From an uncultured Salinivenus sp. (GTDB taxonomy: Bacteria; Bacteroidota; Rhodothermia; Rhodothermales; Salinibacteraceae): a stretch of DNA of 45,703 nucleotides. The stretch lies in contig CAZRPQ010000001.1 in the NCBI GenBank assembly GCA_964601725.1, positions 1 to 45,703 of the forward strand, in the 5' to 3' direction. The translations under genes and the position numbers were made by a program. Below the pieces are notes generated by a model. That model did not search any database. It was not told the DNA's origin and was given only the letters and a program-made list of their open reading frames with translations. The stretch's first letter is position 1, and every line of letters starts with the position of its first letter. Below, one piece after another: positions 28,501 through 37,390 of the stretch.

Positions 28501-30406
28501 CCTGGCTGGCCCTGATCTGGTTCCGGAGGGAGCGCGTACAGTCGATCCGAACGCCATCTCACTCTCGGGACGGATCCGCCTGCCCGACTGGATCCGTCCG
28601 GCCCGTCCGGAACGCCCCTCGGTTGTGCCGTCCGGCGAGACCCTGGACCTATCGGTGGACGTGGACCGCGCTGACCTCTTTTTCTTTCGGTACATCTTTG
28701 AGAAGCACGTATCACGGGTTCAGGGCTACGTCACGGGTCCCCTTCACATCGGGGGCCAGTTCCGAGATCCCCTCTTCGACGCGGAGTTCACCATCGAGAA
28801 TGGGGATGTGCGGTTGCCCCTGTTTGGGCTGGAGTACGAGATCCAGGGCCCCGTAGACGTGGACCGGCAGGGCATCCACCCTCGCGAGATCAGGGTGTCG
28901 GATGACGAGGGGACGGCGACGGTGGGCGGAAGCATTCTGTTTAACGAGTACCAGTATTTTTCCTTTGACCTATCGGCCAGCCTCGACGGCATTACGGTGA
29001 TCGACGTCTCTCAGTCAAAGGACCTTCCGTTCTACGGCCGCATTCGCGGCTCCGGGCCGCTGAGACTGACCGGTCCCCTGTCGGATGCCACCCTGCAGTC
29101 GAACTCCGCCCGCACCACCCCCGACAGCGAGCTCTTCATTCCCGTCTACGGGAGAACGGTGGAGGAGGATACCGGCTTCATCGTCTTTGCGGACTCGACG
29201 GGACAGACCTCCGCCCCGCAGCGACTGACACGGCGGCAAAACATCCTGGGCGACCGACCGGAAGGCGTGCCCACCTTCGTCGAAGGGCTCAATCTTGAGC
29301 TCAACGTCATCGCCCCCGATGAATCGACAGTCCATCTCGTCTTTGATCCCCTCGTCGGCGACGTCGTGACCATGGTCGGCTCGGGCCGCGTACAGCTCCA
29401 ACGTCAGGAAGGGGGCTTCTCGGTTTACGGCAATTTCAGTGCGACCAGTGGGACCTACCTCTTCACCGCCGGGGAGGTCTTTGTCCGTCGGTTTTCCATC
29501 AACGAAGGAACGATTAGCTGGGACGGAGACCCGACCAACGCAAAGCTGGATTTGGACGCTGAATACCGAACGAGAGCCTCTCCCTCGGGCCTGCCGGGCT
29601 ACGAAGACTACCGGGGCCGAATTCCTGTCACTGTAGAACTCGCCATCAGTGGCCGGGTTACCACGCCCCGCGTCGATCTCGGCCTTTCACTGTCCCGGAA
29701 CGATCAACGCAACCTCGTCGGCTCAGAGTCCGTGGACGCAATTCTGAACCAGCCCGCCCGGACGACGGAATACGCCACGAGCGTACTGCTCACGAATACT
29801 TTTCTCTTGACCACCGAGTCGTTCACGCGACAGGGAGGCACCGACACCGGCGAAACAGACGGTCGCCTCACGACCGCAGGAAATCAGTTGGCGTTCAATA
29901 GCGTCTCGCAGCTGGTGTCGAGCCAGCTCAATCGCTACCTCGGAAAGGCGCTTCCAAACGTCGACGTGAACTTTGGCGTCCAGGGAGAAAACCCGAACAA
30001 CCTCGATCTTATCTACGGGGTGGCCCTGCGACTGCTCAACGAGCGTCTCATTATTCGGGGGGAGGGGTTGTACACCGGTGACACCCAGGACACGGAGCGG
30101 GCTGAAGGGCCACAGGGAGAGTTCGTGGTCGAAGTGCGACTGAGCTCCAGTGTCAGTGCGAAGGTCTTTTACCGCCGGAGCGGAGACGAACTGACGCAAA
30201 ATCGGGCGCTCACGAGCAGCAGAGGAGCCGGGCTCTCGTACAAAACCAATTTTCCGACCTGGGGAGGCCTCTTCGATCGCCTCTTTGGATGGATGTTTCC
30301 CTCCGACTCTGCGCCGGACGAGGACCCGGGGACGGATCCTGAACCGGTGGCTCAGTCTCCCTCCGCGCCGCCCGACTCCTCCTCAGCCCCGGGGGGCAAT
30401 CGTTGA
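25571..30406 (+). CDS. tamB: Translocation/assembly module TamB (DUF490) protein
   Basis: 1611 aa with an N-terminal membrane anchor, long amphipathic beta-repeat body and DUF490-type C-terminus (GTISWDGDPTNAKLDLDAEY...RLLNERLIIRG). Confidence 0.85.
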   Translation: MPNSSSRRSLTQPLWRSVRVALAAVLVGVVIFVGLTRTQVGRGTIQQQVEAVFNQRFEGRLSIGALSGTLIDDVVATNVQLRAPSGDLVATVDSIRGTPQWANLLTATFSVRSLTLFRPHLSLHRDSTGRWNVAQALQRKTASPEPNQPLDLSFADFEVQNGRVTTTREGPAPDVVREDWVFDYTQSRITDISFKASAQRVGSTARLKITNASFGLPGRRLKTSLFGGRLRRTETGWSLRDFDLSLGTSHIRGQSSLQTVARGAAQNTFSLELDRSRIDHDELRRLVPRLPFAETMTVRGTVEGTPTRLRADDITVTHDSSFATVDGTISKKSEVLTLDLDLAKSRLVPEDVREIWPGLPALPGSEIGPLDLEGTLQGTTARPQPPQGTFDLEAQGTAQSPHGTVRGSLAVARASSAPLSYSTSFEADSLNLAPLTGQPSLSSRLNGRVEVQGSGTEIDSMQGTMDLSLSPSRIAGRPLASADGQLEMNGDSTKGTLTMRQKEGGRIFLKGSADRLGSRPAYTVVASSSDLDLASIGENLPSTTLNARLTLGASGIEWQPLTGTAVLNVDSSKVSRGDSTMVLPPHSATLRLADRDADRPRLEITGSVATVTADGSSLGPPLWSTARTWGLAFRDAVRRARNKTAPTQVQPSMYPLPQAASVAAPPPRTKPRTSLPRPQAPGPIDAEVDLRVHQPEILNAWWSTFPEEAEGFSAEAALTVGADTLHSTGQVSAAYLQSGTKEVEGFEVQYEVGGRLGAPLAESMTATTTVSARRVAVGGPPLMDASASLSYGARSGTLEITADSMGIAESLRLTSELRITPTTNELRVRQVSVDVNGNTWTNPSPASVLAYANTIVVTPFVLREPHPQSPSLQRMRVGGVLSPRATDTLSVEATNVYLPPLSEGTGLPHVLGGNLNAQLRLRGGWGRPTLVGDLSVRRLSYDRRLLGDARFHAEYSADSPDLRVNGSLEADVTTVDSLAGPDLVPEGARTVDPNAISLSGRIRLPDWIRPARPERPSVVPSGETLDLSVDVDRADLFFFRYIFEKHVSRVQGYVTGPLHIGGQFRDPLFDAEFTIENGDVRLPLFGLEYEIQGPVDVDRQGIHPREIRVSDDEGTATVGGSILFNEYQYFSFDLSASLDGITVIDVSQSKDLPFYGRIRGSGPLRLTGPLSDATLQSNSARTTPDSELFIPVYGRTVEEDTGFIVFADSTGQTSAPQRLTRRQNILGDRPEGVPTFVEGLNLELNVIAPDESTVHLVFDPLVGDVVTMVGSGRVQLQRQEGGFSVYGNFSATSGTYLFTAGEVFVRRFSINEGTISWDGDPTNAKLDLDAEYRTRASPSGLPGYEDYRGRIPVTVELAISGRVTTPRVDLGLSLSRNDQRNLVGSESVDAILNQPARTTEYATSVLLTNTFLLTTESFTRQGGTDTGETDGRLTTAGNQLAFNSVSQLVSSQLNRYLGKALPNVDVNFGVQGENPNNLDLIYGVALRLLNERLIIRGEGLYTGDTQDTERAEGPQGEFVVEVRLSSSVSAKVFYRRSGDELTQNRALTSSRGAGLSYKTNFPTWGGLFDRLFGWMFPSDSAPDEDPGTDPEPVAQSPSAPPDSSSAPGGNR

Positions 30407-30531
30407 ACGCCCTGGAGGTCGAGAACCTCGTATGACTTTTTGATGCGGTCCGAACGCGGTGCACTGAGGCGTCGTTGGCTCTTTGTCATGTGCATTGACA
30501 TCATCTGCATCCACGACTCGACCCCGACACC

Positions 30532-32679
30532 ATTACGGAGACGCAGGTAGACACACTTCGCCAGGACATCCTCGCATTTCTTCAGGAACACCCAAACGAC
30601 GCCCATCGCTCCCACGAGATTGCGCAGGGGCTGGAGATCGAAGACAATGAGACCTATCTCCAGTTCTGTGACGTCCTCGCCGAGATGGCCGCGCAGAAGC
30701 TCGTCAAGCGCGAGGGCCGCAAGTACAAGTCCAAATCCAACACGCGACACCGAACCGGAATCCTTCGCTGCAACGAACAGGGCTTCGGCTTCGTGCAGGC
30801 GGTGGACAGCGACGAGGAGTTCTTTATCCGGGAGCCTCACATGGAGGAAGCCCTCCACGGCGATCTCGTTCGGGTCGCGGTGGCCGCCAAGGCTCCCGAG
30901 GACAAAAAGCGGGAATGTGAGGTCGTCGAGGTCGTCGAACGGCGGTGTACTCGGGTCGTGGGCACGTTCCACCATCGAACCGATTTTGCGTTCGTCGAGC
31001 CCGACGACCAGCGGATCCTCCAGGACGTGTACGTCTCCCCCGACGCGTTCGGGGGCGCGAAAGACGGCGAAAAAGTTGTCGTATCCATTGATCAGTTCGA
31101 CGATCGGAAGGCCTCCCCCGAAGGCCGCATCCTCCGGGTCATTGGCTCCTCGGACGACCCGAAGGTGCGGGTCCTGTCCTTGGCCATGAGCATGGACGTA
31201 AAGGCCGACTTTCCCGATGAGGTGGAGGCGGAGGCCGACGAGATCCCGGCTGCGATTCCCGACGCCGAGATTGAGCGTCGGCGCGATCTCCGCGACAAGC
31301 CGATCTTCACAATCGATCCGGTCGACGCCAAGGACTTCGACGATGCTGTTCACTTCGAGAAGCTAGAGAATGGCAACTACGAGGTCGGCGTCCACATTGC
31401 GGACGTGAGCCATTACGTACGTCCCGACACCGCGATCGACGAGGAGGCCCTGGAGCGAGGCACGAGCGTGTACCTCGTCGATCGCACGATTCCGATGCTC
31501 CCCGAGAAGCTGTCGAACAAGGTGTGCTCGCTGCGTCCGCAGGAGGACAAGCTGGCCTTCTCGATCCTCATGGAGGTCACCTCCCAGGGGGCCGTGACCG
31601 ACTACGAGATCTGCGAGACGGTCATCCACTCCAAGCAACGGCTCACCTACGACCGCGCCCAGGATTACATTGAGGGCGGATATCCCGACGACAAGATGGC
31701 GGCGGACGTGGTGCAGGCCAACCGACTGGCCAAGACCCTCACGAAGCGGCGGATGCGAGAGGGGGCCATCGACTTCGGCTCCGACGAGGTAAAGGTTCTT
31801 CTCGACGAAGACGGAACGCCCACGAACATCGTACGGAAGGAGCGCCTCCAGGCCAACCGACTCATCGAGGAGTTCATGCTGCTTGCCAACCGCACCGTGG
31901 CAAAGCACATCGCCGCCCCGGAGCACATGGACCGTCACCGCACCAACGGGACCGACGACGATCCTCTCCCCTTCGTCTACCGGGTGCACGACTCCCCCGA
32001 CGGCGAGAAGATTCGACAGCTCGCCGAGTACATCCGCGTCTTTGGGCACGAATTGCCCCTCACCGACGGCAACGCCCGCTCCTCAGACTTGGCAGATCTC
32101 ATCGATGCGGTGCAGGACGAACCCGAAGAGCAGGTCATCGTCCGGGCAGCCCTGCGCGCCATGTCGAAGGCAAAGTACGCCGTGGGCAATATCGGTCACT
32201 ACGGACTCGGGTTTGACCACTACACCCACTTCACGAGCCCGATTCGCCGGTACCCGGACCTCATGGTGCACCGCCTCCTCAAGCGGTACGCCCGCGGTGA
32301 GGGACCGGCTGACGTCGAGGAGCTCGCGGCCCGCTGCGAACACTGTTCGGAGCAGGAGCGAAACGCCGAAGAGGCCGAGCGGGAGTCCGTAAAGCTTAAA
32401 CAGGTCGAGTACGTGAAAAACCACGTAGGCGACACGTTTGAGGGCGTCGTCAGCGGAGTGACGAAATTCGGCGTGTTCGTCGAGATTACCGACCTGCTCG
32501 TCGAGGGCCTCGTCCACGTCCGCGACATGGAAGACGACTACTACGTGTACGACGAGTCCACCTACACGATGCGGGGCGAGAGCAATGGAAAGTCCTACCG
32601 CCCCGGCGACAATGTCACTGTGGAGGTCGCCAGTGCAAGTGTCGAGGACCGCGAGATCGACCTCTTGTTCGTCGAGTAG
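30532..32679 (+). CDS. rnr: Ribonuclease R
   Basis: GFGFV cold-shock domains, TIDPVDAKDFDDA, HFTSPIRRYPD, C-terminal S1 domain. The N-terminal wHTH extends upstream of ATG 30685 to a probable ATT start at 30532. Confidence 0.95.
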   Translation: MTETQVDTLRQDILAFLQEHPNDAHRSHEIAQGLEIEDNETYLQFCDVLAEMAAQKLVKREGRKYKSKSNTRHRTGILRCNEQGFGFVQAVDSDEEFFIREPHMEEALHGDLVRVAVAAKAPEDKKRECEVVEVVERRCTRVVGTFHHRTDFAFVEPDDQRILQDVYVSPDAFGGAKDGEKVVVSIDQFDDRKASPEGRILRVIGSSDDPKVRVLSLAMSMDVKADFPDEVEAEADEIPAAIPDAEIERRRDLRDKPIFTIDPVDAKDFDDAVHFEKLENGNYEVGVHIADVSHYVRPDTAIDEEALERGTSVYLVDRTIPMLPEKLSNKVCSLRPQEDKLAFSILMEVTSQGAVTDYEICETVIHSKQRLTYDRAQDYIEGGYPDDKMAADVVQANRLAKTLTKRRMREGAIDFGSDEVKVLLDEDGTPTNIVRKERLQANRLIEEFMLLANRTVAKHIAAPEHMDRHRTNGTDDDPLPFVYRVHDSPDGEKIRQLAEYIRVFGHELPLTDGNARSSDLADLIDAVQDEPEEQVIVRAALRAMSKAKYAVGNIGHYGLGFDHYTHFTSPIRRYPDLMVHRLLKRYARGEGPADVEELAARCEHCSEQERNAEEAERESVKLKQVEYVKNHVGDTFEGVVSGVTKFGVFVEITDLLVEGLVHVRDMEDDYYVYDESTYTMRGESNGKSYRPGDNVTVEVASASVEDREIDLLFVE

Positions 32680-32701
32680 CGCGCTTCGTCGAGTAGCGCG
32701 C
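32668..32701 (+). repeat. Perfect 17-bp tandem duplication spanning the rnr stop codon
   Basis: TTCGTCGAGTAGCGCGC x2. Confidence 0.9.
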
Positions 32702-32897
32702 CCCGTCGCCCCGCTCGCCATGCGGAATCCGATCGAAAATGCCACCATGTCAGGGTCATCCTCTTCTCCACGGGGGGCTCCCTCAGAACCGTCCAGCGTT
32801 CGACGTTTGGCCGTCGCAAGTGAAAGGGTCGGGCGGACCCTCCTGGCCCAGGCACTGATCCTGCAGGGCATCCCGACATTTTGATTGGGAAACGATA

Positions 32898-34100
32898 TTA
32901 CAGCTCATTGGTGGAGACTGCGAACACGTCGTCGCTGTCCTCAATCCGGGCAATCGCGTCGGGGTCGTAGGTCCCCGCAAACCGGATGCTGGCAACCGCG
33001 GCCTCCTCCCCTTCAAAGATCCGGTTGCTCATCTCCTGGATGTTCCAGTTGGCCCGGCGGATCTCGTCGAGGACTCCGGCGAGCACCCCGACCTTGTCTT
33101 TGTGACGGACCGTGAGCTGATAGGAGGCCTCCGTCTGCGCAGCGAGATTCACGCAGTTGGGCACATCGCCCTCCTCGTCAAACGTGCGAACGACGCGGGC
33201 GGCCTCCAGGGCTGTCGCGTCGAGGGCCTGCTGCGTGGAGGCCCCAATGTGATGGGTCAGGTAGAGGTTGGGATGGTCCGCGAGCGGATGCTCAAACTCG
33301 GCTCGCTTCGAGGCGGGCTCCCCCTCCATCACGTCAATGGCCGCGAGGAGGTCCTTCTCATCCATCGCCCACCCAAGGGCATCCTCGTCGACCACCGCGG
33401 CGCGGGTGGTATTGACGAAAAACGCCCCGTCGGGCAGGGCCGCAAAGAAGTCTCGATCGGCCAGGGTTTCCGTTTCGGGGGTGGAGGCGACGTGCAGACT
33501 CACGATGCTCGCGTCGGCGGCGACGGCCTCGGGGGAAGAGCGGTACCCAATCTCCTGCGCCTCCGCGGCCTCTGGGGTGAGGGACCGACTCCACGCGATC
33601 ACGTCGAGGTCAAAGGCCTTGGCCCGACGCATCACCGCGGTGCCGATGTTGCCGAGCCCGATGATGCCGAGGGTGCGCCCCTTCAGGCCCTCGGCCTGCG
33701 CGTACTCTTTCTTGTTCCAGTGCCCGGCGCGCGCATCGATCACGTTGTCCGGAAGGCGGCGATCGAGGGCCACGATGAGGCCCATGGTGAGCTCCGCGAC
33801 GGCCACAGAGTTTTTGCCGGGGCAGTTGGCCACGAAAATGCCCCGCTGTGCCGCCCCGCTCACGTCGATGGTGTCGTACCCGGCCCCGGCCCGGACGATC
33901 AGAGCGAGGGCCGGGCTCGCCTCCAGCGCCTCGGCCGCCACCCGGGTGGACCGGACGATGAGCACGTCGGGCGCCTCCGATCGGAGGGCCTCGATGAGCG
34001 CCGCCCCGGAAAGGCGCGGCTGTGACGTAACCGTGTGACCGGCGTCTCGAAGCGCTTCGATTCCAACGTCCGCGATGTTGTCGGCAACGAGAATGGTCAT
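32898..34100 (-). CDS. serA: D-3-phosphoglycerate dehydrogenase-like (2-hydroxyacid dehydrogenase plus ACT domain)
   Basis: VRST, RAGAGYDTID, NSVAVAE, GLGNIG, HIGAST, and C-terminal ACT domain HKDKVGVLA. Confidence 0.85.
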   Translation of the reverse strand: MTILVADNIADVGIEALRDAGHTVTSQPRLSGAALIEALRSEAPDVLIVRSTRVAAEALEASPALALIVRAGAGYDTIDVSGAAQRGIFVANCPGKNSVAVAELTMGLIVALDRRLPDNVIDARAGHWNKKEYAQAEGLKGRTLGIIGLGNIGTAVMRRAKAFDLDVIAWSRSLTPEAAEAQEIGYRSSPEAVAADASIVSLHVASTPETETLADRDFFAALPDGAFFVNTTRAAVVDEDALGWAMDEKDLLAAIDVMEGEPASKRAEFEHPLADHPNLYLTHHIGASTQQALDATALEAARVVRTFDEEGDVPNCVNLAAQTEASYQLTVRHKDKVGVLAGVLDEIRRANWNIQEMSNRIFEGEEAAVASIRFAGTYDPDAIARIEDSDDVFAVSTNEL

Positions 34101-34148
34101 GGGGGATGCGGGAAGCGATTCAAGAGTCAGACGAGCGTGACAGGGACT

Positions 34149-35417
34149 CTACACTGTCGGCGCGACCGACGCTGCTTGAGGGACGTCCCCGGCGAAGTCG
34201 TGCACCAGAAGGCCGCTCCGCAGCTTCGGCTCGAACCAGGTCGACTTGGGCGGCATCAGACTGCCCTCGTCCGAGACCGCCACGAGCTCTTCGATGTGCG
34301 TGGGATGCATGCTGATCGCAAGTTGGGCCTCGCCCTCGTCGACTCGGTTCTCCAGCTCATCGGTGCCCCGGATTCCCCCCACAAAGTCGATGGTCGGATC
34401 CCGCCGCTGATCGCCAATGCCCAGGTGGGGCTCCAGGAGGTGTTCGCTCAGGCGGGACACGTCCAGCCGATCCACGACGCGGTCCCCCTCGGGGGGCGGC
34501 AGGACGAGCCGGTGCCACGCCCCGTTCAGGTAGAGGCACACGATTCCCTTCTCGCCGGGCACCGGATCCTGCACGTCCCGCTCCAGGTCGAACTCGTCCC
34601 CCAGCCGATCGAGGAAGCTGGCCGGAGAGGTGGGCAGGTCGAAGACGACCCGATTGTACGCCATGATGTGCATGTGACTCATCGGGAAGAGGACGGCCGT
34701 AAACATCTCGAACCCCGGAACCTCCGGGTCGGCAGTGCTCCTCTCCTCCTGGCGCAGCGTCGCCGCCGCTCGGCTGGCGGCCTTGCAGCGGTGGTGTCCG
34801 TCTGCAATGTAGAGATGCTCCACGTTCTGGAAGGCGTCCACGAGTGGACCGGGCCGGTCGGCCTTCCACACGGTGTGCCGAACGCCATCCTCGGCCTCAA
34901 AATCGTAGAGCGGCGCTCCCTCCTGAATCTCCGCGACCTGGGCGTGGATGGCCTCCTGGTCCCGGTAGGTCAGCATGACCGGCTCGGCGTGGGCCTGCTG
35001 CGAGAGGATGTGGCGGGTCCGGTCGTCCTCCTTCGCGGGACGCGTCTCCTCGTGCTTCACGATGGTCCCGTCGTCGTACTCGGCGACGGACACGCCCCCG
35101 AAAATGCCCGTCTGCTCCCGCCCGTCCATCACGAGCCGATACACGTAGACCGTCGGGGCGGCCTCTCGGAGCGTGTAGTCCGCCTCTACAAACTGGCGCA
35201 AATTGACGGCGCCCTGCTCGTAAACCACATCGTCGTGCTCGTCCGTGCCCGGGGGCAGGTCAACTTCGGGGCGGGCCACGTGCAAGAAGCTGCGCGGCTT
35301 GCCCTCCGCCAATTCCCGCGCTTCTTCGCTATCGACCACGTCGTACGGAACGGAGGCGATCTCGTCGACGTGCTGGGGGAGGGGCCGCACGGCCCGAAAC
35401 GGATGGAGGGTGGCCAT
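34149..35417 (-). CDS. DUF1015 family protein
   Basis: PFRAVRP, VPYDVV, IVKHEETRPAKE, YIADGHHR, MPPKSTWFEPKLRSGL. Confidence 0.93.
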   Translation of the reverse strand: MATLHPFRAVRPLPQHVDEIASVPYDVVDSEEARELAEGKPRSFLHVARPEVDLPPGTDEHDDVVYEQGAVNLRQFVEADYTLREAAPTVYVYRLVMDGREQTGIFGGVSVAEYDDGTIVKHEETRPAKEDDRTRHILSQQAHAEPVMLTYRDQEAIHAQVAEIQEGAPLYDFEAEDGVRHTVWKADRPGPLVDAFQNVEHLYIADGHHRCKAASRAAATLRQEERSTADPEVPGFEMFTAVLFPMSHMHIMAYNRVVFDLPTSPASFLDRLGDEFDLERDVQDPVPGEKGIVCLYLNGAWHRLVLPPPEGDRVVDRLDVSRLSEHLLEPHLGIGDQRRDPTIDFVGGIRGTDELENRVDEGEAQLAISMHPTHIEELVAVSDEGSLMPPKSTWFEPKLRSGLLVHDFAGDVPQAASVAPTV

Positions 35418-35565
35418 GGAGAAATGCGTCATAGTGACGGTTGGGGGACGAGGGCGTGTAGTATACAAGTCAGCGTGTGAAGACGCACACCGAACGCGCC
35501 CCCTACAAGAAGTTTATAAGGTCCTGCCTCCGCTCGAGCCCTGCCCCCACCCCCTCCCTCCCCCC

Positions 35566-35940
35566 ATGAATGTCACCGCCAACGAGACGTACAGCGACCA
35601 AGAGATTATTCTCGACCACCACAAATACGTCGAGTGCACGTTCAAGGAATGCACGATCGTCTACCACGGCGACGGCCCGACGGCCGCCGATGAGTGCAAA
35701 TTTCAGAACTGCCAATTCGACTTCCGGACATCAGCGTCGTCGACGTTCAATACCCTCCGCTCGTTTTTTCACGGGGGGCTCGAAGAGGTGGTGGTCGACG
35801 TGCTGGCCAGCATCGTGGCCCCAAACAAACAGACGTCCCCCTTGCGGGTAATGGAGCAAAACGGACACACCCGGTTGATGCTCGACCTTGGGCGAGTCGA
35901 CCCGAATGATCTCGGAGCAAACGGTCAACAGGACTCGTAG
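35566..35940 (+). CDS. Small hypothetical protein with repeated CxF motifs
   Basis: MNVTANETYSDQEIILDHHKYVECTFKECTIVYHG...ECKFQNCQFDF. Host-like codons and a C-rich leader. Confidence 0.75.
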   Translation: MNVTANETYSDQEIILDHHKYVECTFKECTIVYHGDGPTAADECKFQNCQFDFRTSASSTFNTLRSFFHGGLEEVVVDVLASIVAPNKQTSPLRVMEQNGHTRLMLDLGRVDPNDLGANGQQDS

Positions 35941-35993
35941 CGGTCCCCTCTGTCTATCCGCTGTCCGTCTAGATCCTTGACGCGTCCCTCTTC

Positions 35994-36521
35994 ATGCTGT
36001 ACTTCGCCTACGGCTCCAACATGCTCACCGAGCGGCTTCAGGATCGCGTCCCCTCGGCCGAGCCCGTGGCCGCGGCGACCCTCCCGGGCCGGACCCTTCG
36101 CTTCCACAAACGGAGCAAGGACGGATCCGGAAAATGCAACCTCGCCCCCGCGTCCGAGGACTCGGCCGCCGTGCACGGGGTTCTCTTCGATTTTGCGTCC
36201 GACGACCTCTCCGCGCTGGACGACGCGGAGCATCGGGGCCACGGCTATGAGCGACGCCGCGTTCATCCTCAGACCCCCGACGGCTCCGTCGACGCCTTCG
36301 CGTACGTCGCCCAGCCCGCGTACGTCGACGACGCCCTGCGGCCCTACGACTGGTATCGAGCAGTAGTGACGGCCGGGGCACATCAGCACGACCTCCCCAC
36401 GGCGTATCGACGCCGCCTCGAATCCATTCGCAGCTATCCGGACACAAACGAGGAGCGTCGGGCCCAATACCAATCCCTCCTGCGCGCAGCAGGATTCCTG
36501 CACCTCTGGCCCGAGAAATAG
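35994..36521 (+). CDS. Gamma-glutamylcyclotransferase (AIG2-like) family protein
   Basis: YFAYGSNM, VHGVLF, LDDAE...GYER. Confidence 0.92.
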   Translation: MLYFAYGSNMLTERLQDRVPSAEPVAAATLPGRTLRFHKRSKDGSGKCNLAPASEDSAAVHGVLFDFASDDLSALDDAEHRGHGYERRRVHPQTPDGSVDAFAYVAQPAYVDDALRPYDWYRAVVTAGAHQHDLPTAYRRRLESIRSYPDTNEERRAQYQSLLRAAGFLHLWPEK

Positions 36522-36529
36522 TCTTCCCC

Positions 36530-37312
36530 TCAAAACTGAATGCGAAGCACGAGGGGCGGTGCGCGGAGGCCCTGCGTGGCGGCGGAGGCGCGAAGCGGCG
36601 ACGGTGTGACAGTCCGTCGGAGTTGGTCGACCAGTACGGCCACGCCTACGCCCAGCACAGCCCCTGCAAGAACGTCGCTGGGATAATGCACCCCCAGGTG
36701 CACGCGACTCAGCGCAACTCCCGTGGCCCAGAGCGCCCCGGGCCCGATCACGTACCACCGCGGATGGGACAGGCTCCAGGAGGTCACCAGCGCTGCCGAG
36801 AGGCTGGCGTGGCCGGAGGGAAATGAGAGATGAGCGTCGCCGGGCGCCGGGGGATCGTGACGGTCGGCCCGGGCCTTCAGCGGACGGTGGACGTAGGGGC
36901 GGGGTCGGCCCACGGCGTGCTTGGCCCCTATCACGATCCCGTACGTGAGGCCCTGCGTCAGGGTCAAGCGATAGGCGGCCGCGGCCGCCGACGGGTCCTG
37001 CGTGATGCCCGCGCCGATCCACGCAGCAGGGACGGCACCGTAGAAGACGGGGCGGGCCGTTGCGTGGGCCCCCCGAAGCGGGAGGGCAACCCCCGGACGG
37101 GTCGTGCAGTAGATGAGGGCGAGCCCGCGACCATCGAGAGAGCGATCCGCCGACTCTTCCGCACAGAAGCGCGTCTGGGGGGCGGGCGAGGAAGAGGGAC
37201 CGGAGGCGCTCGTCTGGGCACGGCTCTGCTCGCCGCCCCAGATGAAAAGCACCAGTAGCAGCATCGACCCGCCAGCGGCTTTTTCCGCCGCACCCGAGCG
37301 AAGACTCACCAT
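36530..37312 (-). CDS. PAP2 family phosphatase
   Basis: KHAVGRPRP, SFPSGH, SRVHLGVHYPSDV. Start uncertain. Confidence 0.9.
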   Translation of the reverse strand: MVSLRSGAAEKAAGGSMLLLVLFIWGGEQSRAQTSASGPSSSPAPQTRFCAEESADRSLDGRGLALIYCTTRPGVALPLRGAHATARPVFYGAVPAAWIGAGITQDPSAAAAAYRLTLTQGLTYGIVIGAKHAVGRPRPYVHRPLKARADRHDPPAPGDAHLSFPSGHASLSAALVTSWSLSHPRWYVIGPGALWATGVALSRVHLGVHYPSDVLAGAVLGVGVAVLVDQLRRTVTPSPLRASAATQGLRAPPLVLRIQF

Positions 37313-37390
37313 GAGCACGCCACAACACTGAGCGGAGGGTCGTACTGCTGCTCTCCCCTGCCCACCTCAGTCCCTCAGAGAACGGGCCGA

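Noticed and set aside
34035-35480. Long antisense ORFs (481 aa here; also 4662-5840, 33102-34025, 35925-37328, 37448-38425, 39806-40921)
   Set aside because: Shadow frames of clear genes in GC-rich DNA, with no recognisable motifs.
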